44,716 nucleotides of DNA from positions 1-44,716 of the IMG/VR virus record IMGVR_UViG_3300023223_000058; one strand, given 5' to 3'. The DNA is from a virus (Duplodnaviria > Caudoviricetes). The position numbers were made by a program, and so were the translations under genes. The notes beneath the pieces are model-generated. The model was not told where the DNA came from and did no database searches. It was given only the letters and a program-made list of their open reading frames with translations. Positions 1-5,702 of this stretch are shown one piece after another (position 1 is the first letter of the stretch; each line of letters starts with the position of its first letter).

Positions 1-144
1 TTAATAGATGTAACCCAAGAGAGACCTTATGAAGACAGATGTATCCAATGAATCATTAGGTATGCAGATAGGTATAGAGAAGGCAACAGTAGCCTACCTA
101 GAGACAGCACCTGATGGACCCTATAGAGATATGGTGTCCCATTT
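1..144 (+). repeat. Terminal overlap, left copy (identical to 44573-44716)
   Basis: TTAATAGATG...GTCCCATTT occurs at both ends of the window and cuts through ORF 29..229; most likely a circular assembly overlap indicating a complete genome. Confidence 0.95.
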
Positions 145-229
145 AGTAGGTGTCCTCATGGAGACCCAAGGAAGACTTCAGGATGTCCAATGTGACCTGA
201 GGTACCTGACGCGTTCTAAGACCCCTTAG
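29..229 (+). CDS. Hypothetical protein (last gene after terminase in circular order)
   Basis: 66-aa ORF with purine-rich AGAGAG upstream; lies downstream of the 44361 promoter-like site across the junction. Confidence 0.55.
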   Translation: MKTDVSNESLGMQIGIEKATVAYLETAPDGPYRDMVSHLVGVLMETQGRLQDVQCDLRYLTRSKTP

Positions 230-864
230 GGAGCCGATAGATGCCAAGGTGACCTGAGATACCCTTTGAGGCCTAAGAGCCCTTAGAGGGGCCTTAGAAG
301 AGCTGTGGGCCTGTGGGTCATAGGGATCTGTGGGATCTGTCGACTGAAAAAATAGTATAAATATTGAAGACCCTATATCTATATATCGTTACGACCGTCC
401 CCCCCCCTGCCCCCCTCGAACCCTCTGATCCTACCGATGCCAATCGAATCCTTTGATACCCTTAGTATGCTCAGGTGCGGGCGCGTGTGTATACCATGGG
501 GGCATGGGAGGCTGATGAGATCATGGGTGATCGAGTGGTGCCTACCTTTTTGCTGTTGTAACTAGATGGTTACATTAGGAGCTGTTGAAGCCTTAGGTGT
601 TTAGCATGTATAACAAGTGTATCATATGTAAATCACTGTATTAGAGGTCTGCCTATGTTTTTTCTTCAGCACCCTAAGTACCTACAGCCCAACAGGTTAC
701 ACCAGATCCCCTATGTTTTTTCTTATTTCTTTTGCCTTATGGGTTGCAATAGTTCCCAATGCGATCATGGTAAGCTCGTAATCAAATCACCCGCTCTCTC
801 CCAAATATCCCACAGAGCCTACTGGCACGAGTCACCCTCGGAACACGCCAGCCTCCAAAGATCA

Positions 865-890
865 TCTCTCTCTCTCTCTCTCTCTCTCTC
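865..890. repeat. (TC)13 microsatellite
   Basis: 13 tandem TC units read directly. Confidence 0.9.
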
Positions 891-979
891 GAGGGTTCCC
901 AGTGGTACATTTGGAGCCCTCGAGACCTCACAGGATGACCTTGTGAGGCTGTAGACACCCCAAACCCAAAGGTAACCCC

Positions 980-1483
980 ATGAAACTCATAGGCAAAGGC
1001 CAATTCACACGAGCATACCTCAAGGATGACGGCCGCGTACACCTTGAATCCATATGCCCTATCAAAGAGTGTATGGCCCTCGGATGGTTCCCAGAGCACC
1101 GACTGTTCCCAGAGATCCAGCGAGAGGGCGATAATGGGTACGATATGCCCTACTACTCTCAACCTCGATCACTTAAAACCAACCTCACCCCTCGACAGTA
1201 TCGACTGTACAAGGCTCTGAGAGCTCTTGAGGGTTTCTGTGGTCCCAACAGCCACAACAGCTTCGACCACTGGCACCAACAGTTCCAAGGGTTACCAGTG
1301 GAGTTCAAGGTTGAAAAGGAAGCCCTCAGAGAGGCTGTAGATGCCTGTGGGAACTATGGCTCTGATGTGTGTTTTGAGATATCCCCCAGAAATGTGGCAG
1401 TCAAGGGAGGCAAACTGATCCTATTAGATTGTTTCTTTATGGCCTCCGCTCTCAAGACCTCATACGCTAAGGACTATCGATAG
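980..1483 (+). CDS. Minimal protein-kinase-like fold protein (early)
   Basis: LIGKGQF (Gly-rich loop), FEISPRNV (catalytic-loop-like) and LILLDCFF (DFG-like) occur in the correct order. Confidence 0.6.
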   Translation: MKLIGKGQFTRAYLKDDGRVHLESICPIKECMALGWFPEHRLFPEIQREGDNGYDMPYYSQPRSLKTNLTPRQYRLYKALRALEGFCGPNSHNSFDHWHQQFQGLPVEFKVEKEALREAVDACGNYGSDVCFEISPRNVAVKGGKLILLDCFFMASALKTSYAKDYR

Positions 1484-1488
1484 ACCAC

Positions 1489-1612
1489 AGCACCCACAGA
1501 TCCGTAGGGAGCCGAAAGCCCTCTACTGATCCCAGCACCACTTGCGTACCCTAAGAGCCCTTAGAGCGCCTTTAAACAGCCTTACAAGAGGTCACCCTAT
1601 GAACACCACAGA
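1489..1612 (+). repeat. Early-gene leader element, copy 1 (two hairpins, RBS, first codons)
   Basis: Similar to 1912-2036: AGCACCCACAGATCC...GATCCCAGCA...TACCCT...ATGAACACCACAGA. Confidence 0.85.
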
Positions 1613-1913
1613 CACCACAGCACCCACGGAGGCACAGCTTCGCAAGGTCTTAAGATCCCTATGGACTGTAGGGCAGTGCGCTCCTATCTACAAAACCAAA
1701 GCGGTCGATATGTACCTCCAACTAGCCGATGAGATCGAATCAACCGAGCCATGCCTAAGGGCCAACATTAAATCTTTTGAGCTCTTACGGTCTCGACTTC
1801 GCTTCATTCTAGATGATGATGCCTCCAATATTGTCTTCACTTGGACTCAGGATAAACTCAAAGCCTATCGCAAACCTACCACCTCAGGGTATGCTAATGT
1901 AATGTGGCAATAG
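1599..1913 (+). CDS. Hypothetical early protein
   Basis: ATG at 1599 after GAGG; 104 aa, starts MNTTDTT. Confidence 0.65.
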   Translation: MNTTDTTAPTEAQLRKVLRSLWTVGQCAPIYKTKAVDMYLQLADEIESTEPCLRANIKSFELLRSRLRFILDDDASNIVFTWTQDKLKAYRKPTTSGYANVMWQ

Positions 1914-2036
1914 CACCCACAGATCCCTAAGAGACCGCAAACCTCTTAGGGATCCCAGCATCACCTGTGTACCCTCAGACCCCTGAGAGCACCTTAGAAC
2001 CCCCTCAAACAGAGGCCCCACCATGAACACCACAGA
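1912..2036 (+). repeat. Early-gene leader element, copy 2
   Basis: Hairpin GATCCCTAAGAG-ACCGCAAAC-CTCTTAGGGATC, second hairpin CTCAG/CTGAG, then GAGG and ATGAACACCACAGA. Confidence 0.85.
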
Positions 2037-2196
2037 AGCCCACGAAATCATCGACACCCACGAGCACTACGGAGTCGATGCCCTTTGGTCCAACTACCCA
2101 GACCTCGAGACCATCGGTGAAGTCCTAGCGTTGTACGAGGCCGCATGGTCCGCTGTTGAAGACCCACAGGAGGCGGCTGTTCCTTTGGCCTCCTAA
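2023..2196 (+). CDS. Small acidic early protein, 57 aa (not in ORF track)
   Basis: Translated by hand: MNTTEAHEIIDTHEHYGVDALWSNYPDLETIGEVLALYEAAWSAVEDPQEAAVPLAS; GAGG RBS; 12 D/E and no K/R. Confidence 0.7.
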   Translation: MNTTEAHEIIDTHEHYGVDALWSNYPDLETIGEVLALYEAAWSAVEDPQEAAVPLAS

Positions 2197-2200
2197 GGGA

Positions 2201-2217
2201 CCACAGCCTATTACTAA
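2201..2217 (+). promoter_or_regulatory. Putative phage RNAP promoter
   Basis: CCACAGCCTATTACTAA; intergenic; core shared with 9357, 10341, 21351 and 44361. Confidence 0.6.
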
Positions 2218-2235
2218 CACCTACGACCAACACCA

Positions 2236-2338
2236 GAGCCCACAGGGACCGCAAGTTCCTCTGGGTTCCCACCTGCAATACCGAGGCACCCTAGGAATCC
2301 CTAGGCCCTCACATGACCCCCTGCAAATGGAGATCACC
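2236..2338 (+). repeat. Early-gene leader element, copy 3 (diverged)
   Basis: 33-nt hairpin GAGCCCACAGGGAC-CGCAA-GTTCCTCTGGGTTC followed by CCA, then CCTAGG-AATC-CCTAGG and a GGAG RBS. Confidence 0.7.
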
Positions 2339-2911
2339 ATGACCATCACATTAGAACAACTCAAAGACAAAGGAGCCTGCTATTGGGATTCTGAGGGCGA
2401 CCTGAGGGCCACCAAAGCTGAGGCCTTACTACCAGCCTCATTACACGAGATCATGACTTGGGATATCCCGCTAGATGATCGAGAGTGGGTCTTTGAGGCT
2501 TTTGTCAGTAGAGACATCCGGAAGACCTATGGGAATGCCTGCGCTCCCCTCTTGGAGACCTATAGGGATGGCCGCGCTCCTCTCTTGAAGACCTATAGGG
2601 ATGGCCGCGCTCTCCTCTTGAGGACCTATAGGGATGCCAACGCTCCTCTCAGGAAGACCTATGAGGATGCCCACGCTCCTCTCTTGAGGACCTATAGGGA
2701 TGCCAACGCTCCTCTCAGGAAGACCTATGAGGATGCCCACGCTCCTCTCTTGAAGACCTATGAGGATGCCCGCGCTCCTCTCTGGAAGACCTATGAGGAT
2801 GCCCGCGCTCCTCTCAGGAAGACCTATGAGGATGCCCGCGCTCCCCTCTGGAAGACCTATGAGGATGCCCGCGCTCCTCTCCTAATCCAACTAACCAAGG
2901 ACCTACCATGA
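2339..2911 (+). CDS. 11-residue tandem repeat protein
   Basis: ATG at 2339 after GGAG; N-terminus MTITLEQLKDKGAC, then 11 copies of a KTYEDARAPLL-like unit. Confidence 0.8.
   Translation: MTITLEQLKDKGACYWDSEGDLRATKAEALLPASLHEIMTWDIPLDDREWVFEAFVSRDIRKTYGNACAPLLETYRDGRAPLLKTYRDGRALLLRTYRDANAPLRKTYEDAHAPLLRTYRDANAPLRKTYEDAHAPLLKTYEDARAPLWKTYEDARAPLRKTYEDARAPLWKTYEDARAPLLIQLTKDLP
2522..2884 (+). repeat. 11 x 33-bp coding tandem repeat
   Basis: Consensus AAGACCTATGAGGATGCCCGCGCTCCTCTCTTG; contiguous units without spacers. Confidence 0.95.
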
Positions 2912-3012
2912 CCACACCCCTAGAGCTCACAGTAATCGTATGTGGCTCCCTATTCTGCCTACTACTGGTGGCTATAGATGCCATCGTTCACCGTAAGACA
3001 CCATTGGATTGA
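2908..3012 (+). CDS. Small membrane protein (34 aa)
   Basis: MTTPLELTVIVCGSLFCLLLVAIDAIVHRKTPLD; ATGA overlap with upstream stop; AAGGA RBS. Confidence 0.55.
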   Translation: MTTPLELTVIVCGSLFCLLLVAIDAIVHRKTPLD

Positions 3013-3018
3013 CCTATT

Positions 3019-3165
3019 ATGAAAATCACGATTAAAACATGGACCTCTTGGGAGGTCGCTAGAGCCGCTACAGAGGCACAAGGTGTAGTCAAGAGAGACC
3101 CTGAGGGTACCCTTTGGGCTTGGCAGGCTGGTGGTAAACGAGTGGAAGTACGGAGGGTCACATGA
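3019..3165 (+). CDS. Hypothetical protein (48 aa)
   Basis: Fills the gap; its stop overlaps the next ATG (ATGA). Confidence 0.5.
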   Translation: MKITIKTWTSWEVARAATEAQGVVKRDPEGTLWAWQAGGKRVEVRRVT

Positions 3166-3401
3166 GCCGCGCTGGAGTGCTCCTATCAAAACGGTTCACC
3201 AGACGCCTCAGGGATTCTGAGTTTGAAGGTGTCTGTTTTGTTGAGATTGATAGGGGGACTAATGCCGCCATCGCTCAGATAGAGAGCCTGTTGGCTGATG
3301 ATCCTATCAACATAAAGGTAGGGTTTGCTTCGACCTCAATCCGAGGCTGTCACGTTTATTTCATCTTGTACACACCAAGACTCAAGGAACCCACACCATG
3401 A
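3162..3401 (+). CDS. Hypothetical protein
   Basis: GGAGG RBS; ATGA coupling. Confidence 0.65.
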   Translation: MSRAGVLLSKRFTRRLRDSEFEGVCFVEIDRGTNAAIAQIESLLADDPINIKVGFASTSIRGCHVYFILYTPRLKEPTP

Positions 3402-3607
3402 CCCTCACAGAATACATCAGTCGCCAACAGGCACCCTCATCCACCTCATACCAACCCCCTGATGATCCCAAGGCCTACGCGACCCGTCTGAACCGATGGC
3501 TCTCCCTAGGTGGAACCCTCAGGCCTCAACAGGCTCGATGGCTCCAAGCGTACTCACAAGCACACCCAGAACCCAAGGAGACCTCATGCACAATGAACCA
3601 GAGATAA
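3398..3607 (+). CDS. Hypothetical protein
   Basis: AAGGA RBS; ATGA coupling. Confidence 0.6.
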   Translation: MTLTEYISRQQAPSSTSYQPPDDPKAYATRLNRWLSLGGTLRPQQARWLQAYSQAHPEPKETSCTMNQR

Positions 3608-3756
3608 AGGAGTATTGCCGAGGATACACATACAGAGGTCCCGAGGTTGAACAGTGGACCCCACCACTTAGATCGTTTGGTCCGTGGTATTCACTTGACG
3701 ATATCCTCGAACCCACAGAACCCCCAGAACCCACAGACCCTAAGGTAACCCCATGA
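3586..3756 (+). CDS. Hypothetical protein
   Basis: AAGGAG RBS before ATG 3586; coupled to the next gene. Confidence 0.55.
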   Translation: MHNEPEIKEYCRGYTYRGPEVEQWTPPLRSFGPWYSLDDILEPTEPPEPTDPKVTP

Positions 3757-4085
3757 CAGAAAGCGAGAGCAACAGAGAGACGATAACTAGATTCGAGGAT
3801 GCCATCCGAGAGTGCAAGTGTACCAAATGTATGCCATTTGATATGTGCGGCCATTGTAATATGGGGACTTTGCGTATACTTGAGATCCAGAATGGTGAGC
3901 TACTTAAGATGCTAAAGATCGCATCTGGTGGTCTTGTTGTGATCGCAACACCAGACCCGATATTATCCACAGTCTCACTTCGATCATCTGCTTTAGATTA
4001 TCTAGATGAGCTTAGGATCCGAGGATGTTTTGTATCTATTGCTGGTATGAAGATGCCTAAATTTAAAACAAAGGATGACCAATGA
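3753..4085 (+). CDS. Hypothetical protein with Cys cluster (possible Zn-binding)
   Basis: CKCTKC...CGHC motif; translational coupling. Confidence 0.6.
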   Translation: MTESESNRETITRFEDAIRECKCTKCMPFDMCGHCNMGTLRILEIQNGELLKMLKIASGGLVVIATPDPILSTVSLRSSALDYLDELRIRGCFVSIAGMKMPKFKTKDDQ

Positions 4086-4300
4086 GCGAGCCAACAAAGA
4101 TGAACACACCAATCGGACAGGGAGATTGTTTCTTCCTATCATGGCGGCGGCTGTCGTGTCTACTTTTAGATGACGGTTCTATTAGTGATATAGAGGAGTT
4201 AAAGTCAGTCACGGTTGATGAGGATGGACTTAAAGTCCATGTAGGACCAAACAAAGAAGAGAGACTCCGAATCTCAGCCCTAACCAAGGAGACCCCATGA
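4082..4300 (+). CDS. Hypothetical protein
   Basis: AAGGA RBS; coupled at both ends. Confidence 0.55.
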   Translation: MSEPTKMNTPIGQGDCFFLSWRRLSCLLLDDGSISDIEELKSVTVDEDGLKVHVGPNKEERLRISALTKETP

Positions 4301-4545
4301 AGTTCAACATCAATGATTATGTCTTTGTCAAGCTGACTGACAGAGGCCGTGAGATCCACAGGATCCACTACGAGCGTGTCTTCCCTGATCATCCTGATAT
4401 AGTTTACCAAGAGCCCGAAGTAGATGCCGATGGAGAATCAAAGTTCCAACTTTGGGACCTCATGACCATCTTTGGTGAGCATATGTACCTAGGATGCAAC
4501 CCGCCTATCGAAACTGACATCAACATTCCAACGGTGACCCCATGA
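4297..4545 (+). CDS. Conserved phage hypothetical protein
   Basis: NINDYVFVKLTDRG...QLWDLMTIFG pattern recalled from phage hypothetical proteins; AAGGAG RBS. Confidence 0.7.
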   Translation: MKFNINDYVFVKLTDRGREIHRIHYERVFPDHPDIVYQEPEVDADGESKFQLWDLMTIFGEHMYLGCNPPIETDINIPTVTP

Positions 4546-4892
4546 CCCACACAACACTACTACAGCGCCTAAAGCGCGCATCGACCCGCCGCCTCTCAGA
4601 GGCCCAACAGTCAACCCGCAGGTTCACAGTGGACCTACCGAACCGCGATCGAGCCCTCTCCCTCCCTGAGTCAGCCAAAGCTGTCCAGATAGCTGTGAAT
4701 GACCCGTTCAACCAACTGAAGGTCCATGTGTTCAAAGTGTACCCATGCCGCCACTTCTACTATCAACAGGCCATCAACGGTCGGATGTTCTACAAGAGCT
4801 TCCAACGGATCAACAAGTCGTTCCCCTACTGGCATCTGTTAGAGGATGCTTTAGGTCCTGAGGCGCTGACGATGTTGGCGTATCGGAAGTGA
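4542..4892 (+). CDS. Hypothetical protein
   Basis: ORF coupled to both neighbours. Confidence 0.6.
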   Translation: MTHTTLLQRLKRASTRRLSEAQQSTRRFTVDLPNRDRALSLPESAKAVQIAVNDPFNQLKVHVFKVYPCRHFYYQQAINGRMFYKSFQRINKSFPYWHLLEDALGPEALTMLAYRK

Positions 4893-5119
4893 ATATGGTA
4901 TATGGTAAGGACACATCAGACCGTGAGTTTATGATGTGGATCCATGAGCGTCTTGAGATGGTGTATGGTGATAACCCCCGTGAAGATCATATGAAGCGGT
5001 TGAGGCGTGTGATCGTCTCCATACCTGAGGGATTAGAGGAGTCTGATAATTTCGATGCCCCTGCTACCCTCGCGATATTAAAGGAGTATCTCAACTTCAA
5101 ACAACCACCCCAGAAGTAA
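4889..5119 (+). CDS. Hypothetical protein
   Basis: Coupled ORF; DREFMMWIHERL..VYG motif. Confidence 0.6.
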   Translation: MNMVYGKDTSDREFMMWIHERLEMVYGDNPREDHMKRLRRVIVSIPEGLEESDNFDAPATLAILKEYLNFKQPPQK

Positions 5120-5123
5120 CATT

Positions 5124-5155
5124 AGAAGCCTTTAGAGCACCCTCTAGAGGCTTCT
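5124..5155 (+). promoter_or_regulatory. 14-bp intergenic hairpin (RNase III-site-like)
   Basis: AGAAGCCTTTAGAG-CACC-CTCTAGAGGCTTCT, followed by two smaller hairpins. Confidence 0.55.
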
Positions 5156-5240
5156 TGTGTGTCTTCCGACACTGATTGCGTGCTAACGCACACTGAGTAC
5201 ACATCAGACCCTTAAACCCCTGAAAAGGAGCATCATCATC

Positions 5241-5624
5241 ATGTGGACCAAAATCTACACCAGTACCTACAGCACAGCACTCGCCCACCTAGGCCTCGGA
5301 CTCATCATGTTAGACGACAGGATCCACATGGGGGCTCGGATAGGTGCCGCTGTTGTTCTGTCATCAACGCATGTAGTCTTCGTAACCTCTAAGTTGATGC
5401 GAGACTATGTAGAGGCACTAAAGAAACCTGTGGTGCCTATCGATCCCGAACAGGTAGCCCTCAGAGAACGACAGGTAGCCGCTGAGAACTCTGCGATCAC
5501 CCCTGAGATAGCCTCATGGCTCAAAGAGCTCTCCGAGTGTGATCATCTGTTCAAGTATGAGCACTCGGACTGCAACTGTATCCGATGTGAGGGTCCATCC
5601 AAAATATATCGTAAGAAACCCTAA
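5241..5624 (+). CDS. Hypothetical membrane protein with C-terminal Cys motif
   Basis: AAGGAG RBS; hydrophobic N-terminal segments; CDH...CNCIRC. Confidence 0.65.
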   Translation: MWTKIYTSTYSTALAHLGLGLIMLDDRIHMGARIGAAVVLSSTHVVFVTSKLMRDYVEALKKPVVPIDPEQVALRERQVAAENSAITPEIASWLKELSECDHLFKYEHSDCNCIRCEGPSKIYRKKP

Positions 5625-5702
5625 GAGATCGAAACGCCTCAGGGCGTCCACAGCTACCTGCTGTGCTGATGAGATCATAGCACCCCCAACCCAGAGGCCC
5701 AC

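Noticed and set aside
1-144. True T7-type direct terminal repeat
   Set aside because: The repeat cuts through an ORF at an arbitrary point, so an assembly overlap is more likely; cannot be settled without reads.
744-776. Host sigma70 early promoter TTGCAA...TAAGCT
   Set aside because: The 21-nt spacing is too long; only an extended -10 (TGGTAAGCT) is plausible, too weak to call.
655-954. 99-aa ORF before the kinase-like gene
   Set aside because: No clear RBS; runs through the TC microsatellite and hairpins; more likely a promoter/leader region.
2522-2884. CRISPR array or DGR template/variable repeat
   Set aside because: Units are contiguous, in frame and spacer-less; no cas or reverse transcriptase gene; changes are not adenine-specific.
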